A DNA stretch of 64,000 nt from Parvicellaceae bacterium (GTDB lineage: Bacteria > Bacteroidota > Bacteroidia > Flavobacteriales_D > Parvicellaceae). Positions 8,403 through 18,508 of this stretch are shown here, one piece after another (within the stretch, counting starts at the first letter, position 1; each line of letters begins with the position of its first letter). The stretch spans positions 178-64,177 of the forward strand of contig JBLIOB010000001.1 of assembly GCA_047639575.1 (NCBI GenBank). The letters are read 5' to 3'. A program made the position numbers and the translations under genes. The notes beneath the pieces were generated by a model. That model was not told the DNA's origin and made no database searches. It was given only the letters and a program-made list of their open reading frames with translations.

Positions 8403-9698
8403 TTAATTTGATACGGCTCCAAACCGTTTCTGAAGTCGATTTAAGCTAACACGATCAAAACTAGTCATGTGCTTTCGTTGTTTGATAACAAATAACACGA
8501 TCAAGTACTGATAAAAAAGAATTCCATAATTCGCATCTCCAAAAAATCCAAACTCAGTAAATGAATTAATTAATATCGGAATGAACAGGGCGATAAAAAA
8601 CTGTCGGTACGGACTAACTTTTTCAATTACAAAATTCCTGACCGTACAAACTACATTCCAAAAAGCAATAAAAAAGCCGATAAAGCCTAAGTTCATAAGA
8701 ACTTGCATAAAAGTGTTATGTGTCATCTTACCTGGATAGGTAAATAAACCTTGAAAATAGTCGGTGTAGTTTATTCGCATAAAACCGTAGCCCAACCAAG
8801 GCTCTTTAACAATCCCTTCATTCAGAAGAGCAGTCCAAAAAGGAAGGCGACCCGTCATACTCATTACTTCCTCTACACCTCCACCATCTTTAAATATTAC
8901 AAACTTTAATGCCAAGGGAACAGAAATCACAGCCCCGACTACCATAACCAAAATGATCTTTTTATTTTTTGTCATTAATCCTATGATCGCTGTAATTAAA
9001 AAAAAGCCAATCATAGATGATCTAGAACTAGTTAGCGCCAAGACAATCATGGCAATTATCATCTTTATAATAACCCAAAATTTCTTATCGAATTTTAAAC
9101 TTAAATAGCACATCGCTGCCCCAATTGAAGAGAGCATTCCGAGTTCATTTGGGTTCATTAAATAGCCTCCTAGTCTTTGCTCTTCGCCTCCCCGCATCCC
9201 ACGGTAAAATGTATCTTCGCTTATCAAACTACCTATTAAAAATGTAAGTAATATTGGAATTATTGCATTAGCAAATAACCTTACCATATTGACTTCATGT
9301 TGTGGGAAATGAAAATTGATTGTATAAACAACTTGAATAAACACAATCACAAAGACAAAACTCTCTACGGTCATTCCTAACTGCAAAGCCGAGTATGCCG
9401 GATCTGTACTCCACATAAAAGAAGCGAGCCCCAGAATTAGATACAGCGTATACAGTATTGGGCTGAATAAATTTTTATATTCAAAATTTTGAATACAACC
9501 TAACTTCCTTAGTTTGTAGGAATAGAAAAAAATAAAACCTGTACACCCAATTCTGAAGATAATTTTGAATATCTGAGTAATCCCTCTATCCTCTACAATT
9601 GAAAAATAACCAACTATTTTAAAAAATAAAATCAGCGTCAGAATTATGCCTGCCTTCTTAATATAAACAGGCAACCTGCTATTTTGATGAACGCTCAA
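8403..9698 (-). CDS. wzy: O-antigen ligase/Wzy-like polysaccharide polymerase
   Basis: 431 aa with about 11 TM helices. Wzy_C-like segment LTSSRSSMIGFFL. Located inside the EPS locus. Confidence 0.6.
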   Translation of the reverse strand: MSVHQNSRLPVYIKKAGIILTLILFFKIVGYFSIVEDRGITQIFKIIFRIGCTGFIFFYSYKLRKLGCIQNFEYKNLFSPILYTLYLILGLASFMWSTDPAYSALQLGMTVESFVFVIVFIQVVYTINFHFPQHEVNMVRLFANAIIPILLTFLIGSLISEDTFYRGMRGGEEQRLGGYLMNPNELGMLSSIGAAMCYLSLKFDKKFWVIIKMIIAMIVLALTSSRSSMIGFFLITAIIGLMTKNKKIILVMVVGAVISVPLALKFVIFKDGGGVEEVMSMTGRLPFWTALLNEGIVKEPWLGYGFMRINYTDYFQGLFTYPGKMTHNTFMQVLMNLGFIGFFIAFWNVVCTVRNFVIEKVSPYRQFFIALFIPILINSFTEFGFFGDANYGILFYQYLIVLFVIKQRKHMTSFDRVSLNRLQKRFGAVSN

Positions 9699-10798
9699 TT
9701 ATTATAAAGTTTGTTGATTTCTTGAGCAATTAAAGTCCAACTAAAATGGTGAGCAATGGTTCTTCTACAATTTTCTGCCATTTTACTGTAATGTTTAGTG
9801 CCATGCAATTCTTGAAATTTTTTAAGCGCTTCAGCCAAAAGCTTTGGAGAGTTATTTTCTAATGATAAGCCACAATGGTATTTACTAACCTGTTCAGCCA
9901 AATTAGTTTCTGGAGATACAATTACCGGAACACCCAATGCCATACTTTCTAAGACAACACCAGGAATTCCTTCGTTCCTTGATGTTAGGACCAAGGCTGT
10001 AGACTCTCCTATCAACTCATCTTTTTCTTTCCCAAATAATGGACCAAGACATACAATATGTTTGGCCAAATTATTTTTGCGGATTAGAAGCTGAAAAGCT
10101 TTTGATTGATTTCCTCCGCCAATTACTTTCAAGTTTATATCTACTCCTTGTCTAACGCATTCCTTTACTGCCTGAACAAGTATATCCAAGCCTTTAGTTT
10201 GAATGTCAATTCTACCGCAAAAAACAAATTGAAGTTTAGATGACTTTTTCCCTGAGAATGATTTCAACTCTTGTCCATTAGGGATTAATACATACTTTGT
10301 GCTAATCTTTTTAGATCGTATACCCTCTATTTCAGATTGACCAATGAGCTGAATTACTTTTGCATGATTTAGAAAATAACGATCGAACAATATAAAGTAA
10401 AGGGTCTTTTTCAATTTACTAGTATGCAATACTCGTAGATTATAGCCGCCATGAAGATTCACCACGTACTTTATATTCTCTTTGATTAAAAGTCGGGACA
10501 CCATAAAAAATTGGGGAATAAAAGCACCATGAAAATGAAATACAACGCCATTTGAATCTTCTTCAAGAATTGCTTCTTTCAATCTCCGATCTAAACTAAA
10601 TTTTGCTTCATCTTGAAATAATTTAGTTATATATGGGCGTTTTGGGTAATCATGGACAAGTACCTTTGTAATCCCCCAAATTTCAACATTTAAACCAATA
10701 CTATTTTGAGCAGCTGCCAAGCTACTCACTACCTTATTTACTCCGTTTTGGCGATTAGGATTAGCTTTCCCAAGAATGATATGAATAACCTTCATCAT
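9695..10798 (-). CDS. Glycosyltransferase family 1
   Basis: 367 aa. LVLTSRNEGIPGVVLESMALGVPVIVS motif. 4-nt overlaps with both neighbours. Confidence 0.7.
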   Translation of the reverse strand: MMKVIHIILGKANPNRQNGVNKVVSSLAAAQNSIGLNVEIWGITKVLVHDYPKRPYITKLFQDEAKFSLDRRLKEAILEEDSNGVVFHFHGAFIPQFFMVSRLLIKENIKYVVNLHGGYNLRVLHTSKLKKTLYFILFDRYFLNHAKVIQLIGQSEIEGIRSKKISTKYVLIPNGQELKSFSGKKSSKLQFVFCGRIDIQTKGLDILVQAVKECVRQGVDINLKVIGGGNQSKAFQLLIRKNNLAKHIVCLGPLFGKEKDELIGESTALVLTSRNEGIPGVVLESMALGVPVIVSPETNLAEQVSKYHCGLSLENNSPKLLAEALKKFQELHGTKHYSKMAENCRRTIAHHFSWTLIAQEINKLYNN

Positions 10799-12021
10799 CT
10801 TTTGTGCAATTTTAACTTGCCAAGGAAATAAGTCAAACCAATGACTTGTGTACTATAAAATCCAATTATTACACCCGCTAATCCCAATTCATGAATTAAC
10901 GGATATGCCAGCAGTAAACTCACCGCGCTGCTAATAGCATAACTATGAAAAATCAATCTATTCTGCTCAATTGTTCGAATATAGAATCTAAGTATTGTAC
11001 CAGCATACACAAGGAAGTACATGATAGCGAAAGCGCTAAAAAGAGTCCCATAACTAATCATTTCCTGTCCATAGACCCAGGATAAAACTTCTTGATCAGC
11101 AAACACAAAAAATAGAATTATGGTGCTTACTGGAATCAGCGCTTTTAAAGACAATATGCGCGTTTCTTTTTTGAGCAATTTCAAACCACCAACAGACATT
11201 TGTTTCGCCATGGAAATCGGAACAATATTTTCTAGGGCCAAAAAGAGGACATGTAATACTCCCATTAAATTTTGCATCATCCGAACTACACCCAGTGCGG
11301 ACACACCCAGCCATAAACCAGCCATCAATCCAAATGCATTACCAGAAAACCATTGTAAAAAAGAGGTCCCAACAAGGTATTTCGAAAAAGCCCAATTTTG
11401 CTTGGCGAGTTTCCATATTCGCTTCCTTTTAATTTCGGCTATTCTAACTGGATACCTTGCCATCCCCATTAAAACACTCAATCCATAAGTTAAAACCAAA
11501 ACATATACTGCAGAAGTAATGGTCAGAACATCTTGATATGATAGCAGAAGAATCAATGGCACTTGCAACCCATAGGCAACAGCATCTCTAAAAAACACCT
11601 TGATTTCCGATTTACTTACAAATCCAATTCTTCGATCAAAATCTTGTATCTGATAAAGGAAAATAAATAGACTTCCTCCCACGGCAAGCTCTATACGTTC
11701 CGATTGAAATACAATAAGAAAAACGACAAATGCAACCAGCATTGAAAGAGAAGCCACGAATAAAGCTATAATCTTTTGCTGTCCCAAGTAGAATGGTTTA
11801 TTCATCTTTTCGGCATACTGACTGTAAATCGTTTGTGAGATAAAACTTTGCTGAAAACTGAATAAAACGAAATTGGTCATCCAGATAATACTAAACTCTC
11901 CAAAGGACTCAATACCAATTTTTCTAGTAAGAACAATTGCCATTAAGAAATTAGTTCCACTAACTAGCCCTTGATCCGCAAACACGAGCAATGTTCTATA
12001 TTTCCACCACCATCTTCTCAC
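10795..12021 (-). CDS. wzx: Polysaccharide flippase (Wzx/MOP superfamily)
   Basis: 408 aa polytopic membrane protein. Position and size match a Wzx flippase. Translationally coupled to the wzc-like gene. Confidence 0.55.
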   Translation of the reverse strand: MRRWWWKYRTLLVFADQGLVSGTNFLMAIVLTRKIGIESFGEFSIIWMTNFVLFSFQQSFISQTIYSQYAEKMNKPFYLGQQKIIALFVASLSMLVAFVVFLIVFQSERIELAVGGSLFIFLYQIQDFDRRIGFVSKSEIKVFFRDAVAYGLQVPLILLLSYQDVLTITSAVYVLVLTYGLSVLMGMARYPVRIAEIKRKRIWKLAKQNWAFSKYLVGTSFLQWFSGNAFGLMAGLWLGVSALGVVRMMQNLMGVLHVLFLALENIVPISMAKQMSVGGLKLLKKETRILSLKALIPVSTIILFFVFADQEVLSWVYGQEMISYGTLFSAFAIMYFLVYAGTILRFYIRTIEQNRLIFHSYAISSAVSLLLAYPLIHELGLAGVIIGFYSTQVIGLTYFLGKLKLHKR

Positions 12022-14303
12022 CTAATGTAATACCACAAATAGTTCTTAATTCTCTTGATAAAGTTGGCTCCCTGCGCTTCATAGCTCAATCCGCTCCCAA
12101 TATATAACCCGTTAAAATTACTAGCCTTATGAGCAGAATTTAATATGATATGAATATTGTCTATCCCATGCTCTTGCTGTATTAGATCCGGATTTACAGC
12201 AAAATGCTTTTTGGTATATCTTGCTCTTATTATAAATAGATTAATCGAGGCCAATTTCATCATTGGGATTGCTTCTGGAGAAATGGCAGTTGGCGGAGTA
12301 TCGATGACCACCACATCATACTTTTTGAATAAGTTAGTAGTCAAGCTTTCAAATTTTTTAACACCACTTATTTGAGTAGCTTCATCTCGAATTCCTCTCA
12401 CAACAATCAAATCAGGAAGAGACGAATCCGTATAAATTACATGGTCTTCTAGCGGCCCAATATCTTTAAACGTACTAATTAGCTTTTCTTCTTCCAAACT
12501 ATTATTCAAACCGTGTAAGCCGTTACAAGAATCAAAATCCGCATATAAAGTGGAGTATCCCAATTGTGTGAAATGTTTTGCCATTCTTGTCGCAACAAGA
12601 CTTCTACCTTCTCCTCTTATAGAAGATGCAATAGCCACAATTTTAGGCTGTTCATCATCTATTTTGCTAAGGATCCCAGATGCCAAATTCCCAACCTCAA
12701 CATCCAAGTTATTGAATCGAAATTTCTTTCTAACAACGCCAATAATAGAAGTATCCGTTTTCCGTTCAATATCAGTTCGATAAATAATTTTGCCTGATGC
12801 TGAGTCTTTTATAAAAACAAACGCAATACCGAGAATAATTCCTAGCAAACCTGACACAAAAGTTATTAGGGTTTTATTAGGCGAAATTGGTTTCGAATTC
12901 AATGTCGCAGGCTGTATAATTCGATGAAAAGAGATTAACGCGCTACTAGCAATTGCAGCCTCTGTTCGCTTCTGAGATAGAAATGTATAGACCTGTTCAT
13001 TTAGTAAAAACTCTCGTTCTAAAACCTTCATTTCTCTCTCTCTAGTAGGAAATCCGTCAAACATTTGTTCCTCTTTGGAAATCCTACTTTTCATCTCTAA
13101 TCTCTTCGTTTTAATATCACTTTTACTTGTTTTAATCGCTTCTTCTATGTAATTTTTTATTTCCTGTATTTTCTTGTCAACAGCCAATATTTTAGGATCT
13201 TCTACCGTGTATTTCAACAGTAAATCATGCCGTTCATCGATGTATTGTTTCATCTTTTTCACTAACTCAGTCATTAGTAAATCTCCATAACCAAAATTGA
13301 TTGAGGTCTGATTAAAATAGTCCCCCGACTGCATGTATTCATCCAAAGAATCAATTGATTCCTGCTGTATTTGAACGTTAATTAACTGTATCTTCAGATT
13401 AGCCAATGACCGCAATCCTGTCTCGGTTTCTTGCTTTGTGTTTACAACCTTATTTTCTATTTTATATTTCTCTAATACACCTTCAGACTCAACCAATTTT
13501 TGCGTAACCTCAGCCAGCCGCTCATCTATAAAGTTCAGCGTGTTTTGTGCAGCTGAACTTTTTGTTTTAACGTAATCTTCGATATAAACTTCACATAGGT
13601 GATTAACAATATGCTGGGCTCTTCTAGCATTCTGATCATCATAAACGATTCTGAGAACAGGTATTTCTTTATCAATTGCATTAATATGCAGATGTTCCAA
13701 AACTTTATTTACAACAGATTCTGAAGAATTCAATTCAATTCGATACGAGCCAACAGCCATTTGATCGTCATAGCCTTCTTTTATGCTTATCACAACCATA
13801 TAATCTTTTAATTTAATAGAGTCTCCATAATGATATTTAGACTTCGTTAATGCTCCTTTAACAAGCTCAATACCATTTTGTGATGCGTTGACAACAATAT
13901 TATTTGGCGGTGCCTTATCTTTATAAGAAACAAAATCAATCTCCAACGGAGAATCAACGCCATAAATCAATTCTTCTTTTCCAGCTCCTTGTCTGAACAC
14001 TCGAACACCTGCATTAATTTGATTCACAACGGCCTTTAATAATAAAGGTGATTCCAAAACCTGTGCTTCAGATTCTATCTTGTTTTCTGATGAAAAAATA
14101 TCCAGGTCGCTATATAAATTGTTGCTAGAGAATCCATACGCCTGATCATCTAATTTAATTTTCGCCACACTTTGATAAATTGGCGTAGCCTTTTTTATAT
14201 AATTCCTAGCTAATAGAATTGCTAATACAAGTACCAACGCTATAAATGGCGACCCCTTCACATAAGGCAAAAGTCCAATTTTTATTTGCTGAATTTGATT
14301 CAT
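12018..14303 (-). CDS. wzc: Wzc/GumC-type chain-length determinant with BY-kinase-like domain (Walker A Lys replaced by Arg)
   Basis: 761 aa. N-terminal Wzz-like periplasmic/coiled-coil region flanked by TM helices. C-terminal P-loop domain has SSIRGEGRS and Walker B VVVIDTPP. Tyr-containing tail NYLWYYIR. Confidence 0.7.
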   Translation of the reverse strand: MNQIQQIKIGLLPYVKGSPFIALVLVLAILLARNYIKKATPIYQSVAKIKLDDQAYGFSSNNLYSDLDIFSSENKIESEAQVLESPLLLKAVVNQINAGVRVFRQGAGKEELIYGVDSPLEIDFVSYKDKAPPNNIVVNASQNGIELVKGALTKSKYHYGDSIKLKDYMVVISIKEGYDDQMAVGSYRIELNSSESVVNKVLEHLHINAIDKEIPVLRIVYDDQNARRAQHIVNHLCEVYIEDYVKTKSSAAQNTLNFIDERLAEVTQKLVESEGVLEKYKIENKVVNTKQETETGLRSLANLKIQLINVQIQQESIDSLDEYMQSGDYFNQTSINFGYGDLLMTELVKKMKQYIDERHDLLLKYTVEDPKILAVDKKIQEIKNYIEEAIKTSKSDIKTKRLEMKSRISKEEQMFDGFPTREREMKVLEREFLLNEQVYTFLSQKRTEAAIASSALISFHRIIQPATLNSKPISPNKTLITFVSGLLGIILGIAFVFIKDSASGKIIYRTDIERKTDTSIIGVVRKKFRFNNLDVEVGNLASGILSKIDDEQPKIVAIASSIRGEGRSLVATRMAKHFTQLGYSTLYADFDSCNGLHGLNNSLEEEKLISTFKDIGPLEDHVIYTDSSLPDLIVVRGIRDEATQISGVKKFESLTTNLFKKYDVVVIDTPPTAISPEAIPMMKLASINLFIIRARYTKKHFAVNPDLIQQEHGIDNIHIILNSAHKASNFNGLYIGSGLSYEAQGANFIKRIKNYLWYYIR

Positions 14304-15052
14304 TATCTTGTCAACAATGTACCCAACAGCACTATAGCGGTTAACGTGCTTGCAATTGGGATTAGCGTTGGAGCCTTCTTCTCTATTGTTTTCCCAGGGC
14401 GCGCAGGAACATGAATTATATCACCATCTTTTAAATTGATTTGTAACAACTTTAACTGATCCTTTCCGTCCAGGTTTAATTGATACATTTTATCATCTCG
14501 AATGAATCTAATTTTTTTTGTCTGTGCGTAATACAGCATTCCTTCTGCCTTACCTATCAGTGTAACTAGCGTGTTCTTTTCCTCATCTAGCAAATAATTA
14601 CCGGGTGATTTTACCTCGCCCAAAATCGTTACTTCTTTATTAAGCAGCCTAACTTTGATAATAGGATTCAGCAAAAAAACAGAGTATAAACTCACCAGAG
14701 TGTCCTCGGCCTGAGAAAGAGTGAGCCCTCCTAATTTAATTAACCCTAGTTTGGGAAAACTCACCTCTCCTTTTGAATTAATTAAAACCCATTTTCCGAA
14801 GGACTCATGAGAATTATAAATCGTGAATAATGATCCTACACTCAAATCATCATGATTCCATATGCTTAGACTTATTTTATCATCTGGCTTTAGCACATGT
14901 TGTTTTGTGCCCATTGTATCTAACAACGCACTGTAATCTTTTTGTACTTCAACTTTATTAAAGTTCTTACTAGCACCACAAGACGTGGCTATTAATAGTA
15001 TTGTCATCAAATAAAATTGAAAAAAATTAAATCGATTCATCTTAAAATCCAT
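14303..15052 (-). CDS. wza: Polysaccharide export outer-membrane lipoprotein (Wza family)
   Basis: 249 aa. Lipobox LLIATSCG. Poly_export-like LKPDDKISLSIWNHDDL. C-terminal hydrophobic helix. Confidence 0.75.
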   Translation of the reverse strand: MDFKMNRFNFFQFYLMTILLIATSCGASKNFNKVEVQKDYSALLDTMGTKQHVLKPDDKISLSIWNHDDLSVGSLFTIYNSHESFGKWVLINSKGEVSFPKLGLIKLGGLTLSQAEDTLVSLYSVFLLNPIIKVRLLNKEVTILGEVKSPGNYLLDEEKNTLVTLIGKAEGMLYYAQTKKIRFIRDDKMYQLNLDGKDQLKLLQINLKDGDIIHVPARPGKTIEKKAPTLIPIASTLTAIVLLGTLLTR

Positions 15053-15536
15053 TTTGTAGCAACATGATTATCGACCAAACAATTAAAATGAACAGCACAA
15101 CAATGGGTACTGTAATTTTGGAAAGAAAATGATAACGTTCATTTTCCGCCAGTAAATAATTGAGTTGGAATGCTCTTCTAACCACAGACGCCATTTTCAA
15201 AAGACCATCATCACCTTTGTCTATGTAGTCGTATGCACCATATTTAAGGGCGTTTATTGCAACCTCTAATTCTTCTTGTGCACTTAAAAAGATGACTTGA
15301 ATTTCTGGATATAACCCCTTAATTTGTTTCAAAATGGTAAGGCCATCACTATCACCTAAACCGTGATCCAGTAACACAATTTCGGGGATCTTGTATAAAT
15401 TGTCAACCGCTGTTTTTCCCGAATGATATACTTCAATCTGGGTTAAATGTTCATTTTGAAGCTGCTTTTCGATCGCATTCGCATAAAAAACATCGTCTTC
15501 TACAACAAAAATTAGAGGGAATTTTCTACGTTTCAT
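15042..15536 (-). CDS. Response-regulator receiver domain protein with C-terminal transmembrane tail anchor
   Basis: 164 aa. Receiver signature FVVEDD, VLLDHGL, IFLSAQ, KYGAYDYIDK, then ITVPIVVLFILIVWSIIMLL near the C-terminus. The 3' end overlaps the wza start by 11 nt. Confidence 0.75.
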   Translation of the reverse strand: MKRRKFPLIFVVEDDVFYANAIEKQLQNEHLTQIEVYHSGKTAVDNLYKIPEIVLLDHGLGDSDGLTILKQIKGLYPEIQVIFLSAQEELEVAINALKYGAYDYIDKGDDGLLKMASVVRRAFQLNYLLAENERYHFLSKITVPIVVLFILIVWSIIMLLQNGF

Positions 15537-15548
15537 ATTGGGGGAGTT

Positions 15549-15977
15549 TTATGATACTGATTTAGTCATCAGATCAGGGTTAATAGATCTGTTAGTTGTA
15601 TTGATAAATTCTTGTGACATCACAAATCTCTGAATACGGCCAATAGGAATAACTTTTCTAGAAATCGCCCAGCTATTTTCTGGGGAGAGATGATAGATTG
15701 GCACATCAGACTGGAATAAATTCACTTTCTCTAGAAACTGCTTGGTCAGAATTCCATTCCCAGCATAATATTCATCTAATATGCACAGATCAGGAGTGAT
15801 CGCTGACACCGCCATGAATGAATTTTCGGATGCCTCTAAATTAATTAATTGCGTATGCTCTATATCCAGATGATGTTGCCAGAAAAAATCGCTTTTGAGC
15901 GTAGAGCTGATAATGAGTAATGTGGAATTTTTCATGTCTGTCGATTTGATATCAACAGTCCAATCTATAGTCCACAA
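15549..15977 (-). CDS. Hypothetical protein, possible degenerate (pseudo-)receiver
   Basis: 142 aa (start may be the internal MKNSTLLIISS). Beta-alpha pattern LLIISS / DLCILDEY / VPIYHLS resembles a receiver, but the N-terminal acidic pair is Ser-Ser. Confidence 0.35.
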   Translation of the reverse strand: MWTIDWTVDIKSTDMKNSTLLIISSTLKSDFFWQHHLDIEHTQLINLEASENSFMAVSAITPDLCILDEYYAGNGILTKQFLEKVNLFQSDVPIYHLSPENSWAISRKVIPIGRIQRFVMSQEFINTTNRSINPDLMTKSVS

Positions 15978-16045
15978 AATGCAACTGCCTGATATACATA
16001 AAGTTACATTGCTTGAACTAAGAAGGTATTCCCGAATTGGGAAGT

Positions 16046-18508
16046 TTAATCCTCAATTTGAGAAAAATCGTTGCGAAGAGCATCCACCGACTCCTGAAGC
16101 CCTAGCAAGAAAGAATTCACTAGATCATTATCAATCTTTGTATCAAACGCTTCAATCAACCTCACTAATTCCTTTAGTTGTGGAGCTACCGTATCAATAG
16201 ATGGTTTTAATTTATGAGCTACTTTAGACATCTTCAATACGTCTCCTTGTGACATTGCTTCTTCTAAAGACGAAGAACATTCAACACATGATTTCACAAA
16301 CGTTGAAAGCATTTTGAAAATAAATTCTTGATCACCATCTGCTATTCTAGCAAGTTTATCTAGAGAATAATAATTAGTGGAATCGATAATTTTTTGAAAA
16401 GATGGGTTTGCATTTTTCAATTCTTTTGGTTCTTCGATCGCGTTAATATTATTAGATATAATGGCGTATAGATCATTCATACTGAACGGTTTACTTAAAT
16501 AATCTTGCATTCCAACCGTAAGACACTTTTGATTGTCCCCCTTTATTGCGTTAGCCGTTAAAGCAATAATTGGCGTTGATAATTTCAGTTTTTCTCTTAT
16601 AATTTCAGTTGCTTCATACCCATTTAAATTAGGCATCATAATATCCATTAGAATAAGATCAAATTTATATTGCATTAGCATCTCAACAGCTTCAAGACCG
16701 TCACAAGCTTCCTCTACTATCACACCCTTCTTCATTAACACAGCAGACGCCATCATTCTATTCATCTCATTATCATCTACCAAAAGAACTGAAATTCCAT
16801 TCAAGTTTTGAATTTCTGCAACCTCCAATGCTTCCGGAAAAGGTTTTTTTGATATTTTAAGAGGCAGCTTAACCGTAAATAAAGAACCTATTGTAATTTG
16901 ACTTTGCACTTCAACACTTCCATCCATAATTTCAGTGAGTTGCTTTACGATTGCTAATCCTAATCCAGTCCCTCCGTATTGTCTAGTAACTCCTTCATCC
17001 GATTGGTTAAAACTTTCAAAAATATGATGTAGTTTATCATTTGGAATTCCAATGCCGCTATCTTTAACTTCAATGCATAGTTCATGTAATTCAGAAGACA
17101 TCTTCTTTTGTTGAACCGTGACAACCACACCGCCATTTTGAGTAAACTTAACCGCGTTAGAACACAGGTTAAGCATTACTTGATAAATTCTCAATGAATC
17201 GCCCAGGTAACAGTCGGCAACGTTTTTCTCCACATTAATTTTAAAGTAGATCCCTTTTTCCTCAGCTCGAAAAGCAACAGCTGCATAAATTTGATCTGAA
17301 ATAGATTTGAATTGAAAAGGAATTTTTTCAATACTTACTTTCCCTGCCTCTAATTTTGAAAAATCAAGAACATCATTGATAATACCTAATAAATTATTTG
17401 AAGATATTTGAATGGACTCTAAATAATGAAGTTGTTCTTCACTTAATTGGGAGTCGAGCAATAAGTGGTTTAAGCCAATAATTCCATTCAACGGAGTTCT
17501 CATCTCATGACTCATTTTAGCTAAGAATTCTTCTTTAATTTGAGCGGAACGTTCGGCTAACATTTTAGCATCTCTCAGGTCCTGCTCCATCGATTTTCGA
17601 ACAGTTATATCAACATACACTCCAATAGAACCAACAACCTCATTTTTATGATTAAACACCGGAGCGCCAGAAATCAACACCCATGCATATTCGTTATTTT
17701 TCTTCTTTAACTTAACCTCATAAATCGAAGACTGCCCTTTACTCCTCTTCATATTTTCTGAATCCATAACATTATTATAATGTTCATCCAAAAATGTGAG
17801 AGCAGCATTCTTTCCAATTAACTCTTTTTGGGAATATCCTGACAATTCGCAAAACATAGGGTATGCTCTAATAATAGACCCCTCGAGATCTACTTCCAAA
17901 AGTCCCAACTCCATGTTTTCTATAATTTTATGGTACTTCTCTTCGTTCCTTTTAACTTCTTGTTCTAGCTTGTTTTTTTCTGTTATATCAGATATTTGAA
18001 CCAACCGGGCGACTCTATTCTGGAACGGTATCGTGCAAGCCTGGATTTCCACAATTAATTCATCACCACTTTTAGTAATATGGGTCCATTTTAGAATGTT
18101 CTCAAAACCGTCACTACTATGTACAATTTCAGAAACATCTTTTATAAGCCTATCCTTATCTTTTTTCAGGTGCATTTCAAAAATTGACAGTTTAATAAAC
18201 TCTTTTTTGGAATAGCCATACTTTTCAGTTGCCCGCTCATTTACTTGTAAAATTTGATAGTCATTAGGACAGAAAATCAGCAAGGGCAATGGATTATTAT
18301 CGAATAACATTTTAAAATGTTCTGCTCTTTCCTTCAATTCCTCAGCTCGAAGTTCAACTTTAGACTCTAATCTTTCATTTAGATTCTTCAATCCTTCATT
18401 CGCTTCATAGAGTTTTGTAGCTTTTTCCTCAAGGATTTTTTCCGCCTCTATTCTAGCTGCATGTTCACGCTCAAATTTCCGTTTCCATATATCAAGTTCA
18501 CTACTCAC
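16046..18508 (-). CDS. Hybrid sensor histidine kinase (coiled coil, 2 PAS, HisKA, HATPase, receiver, HPt)
   Basis: 820 aa. H-box FLAKMSHEMRTPLNGIIG. G-box GGTGLGLAIVKQL. Receiver VLLVDDNEMN...LILMDIMMP...ALTANA. C-terminal HPt-like VAHKLKPS. No TM segment, so predicted cytoplasmic. Confidence 0.85.
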   Translation of the reverse strand: MSSELDIWKRKFEREHAARIEAEKILEEKATKLYEANEGLKNLNERLESKVELRAEELKERAEHFKMLFDNNPLPLLIFCPNDYQILQVNERATEKYGYSKKEFIKLSIFEMHLKKDKDRLIKDVSEIVHSSDGFENILKWTHITKSGDELIVEIQACTIPFQNRVARLVQISDITEKNKLEQEVKRNEEKYHKIIENMELGLLEVDLEGSIIRAYPMFCELSGYSQKELIGKNAALTFLDEHYNNVMDSENMKRSKGQSSIYEVKLKKKNNEYAWVLISGAPVFNHKNEVVGSIGVYVDITVRKSMEQDLRDAKMLAERSAQIKEEFLAKMSHEMRTPLNGIIGLNHLLLDSQLSEEQLHYLESIQISSNNLLGIINDVLDFSKLEAGKVSIEKIPFQFKSISDQIYAAVAFRAEEKGIYFKINVEKNVADCYLGDSLRIYQVMLNLCSNAVKFTQNGGVVVTVQQKKMSSELHELCIEVKDSGIGIPNDKLHHIFESFNQSDEGVTRQYGGTGLGLAIVKQLTEIMDGSVEVQSQITIGSLFTVKLPLKISKKPFPEALEVAEIQNLNGISVLLVDDNEMNRMMASAVLMKKGVIVEEACDGLEAVEMLMQYKFDLILMDIMMPNLNGYEATEIIREKLKLSTPIIALTANAIKGDNQKCLTVGMQDYLSKPFSMNDLYAIISNNINAIEEPKELKNANPSFQKIIDSTNYYSLDKLARIADGDQEFIFKMLSTFVKSCVECSSSLEEAMSQGDVLKMSKVAHKLKPSIDTVAPQLKELVRLIEAFDTKIDNDLVNSFLLGLQESVDALRNDFSQIED

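Noticed and set aside
15895-16200. 101-aa plus-strand ORF spanning the gap between the receiver-like ORF and the hybrid kinase.
   Set aside because: It overlaps the ends of two minus-strand genes in an otherwise uninterrupted minus-strand operon. It has no recognisable motif.
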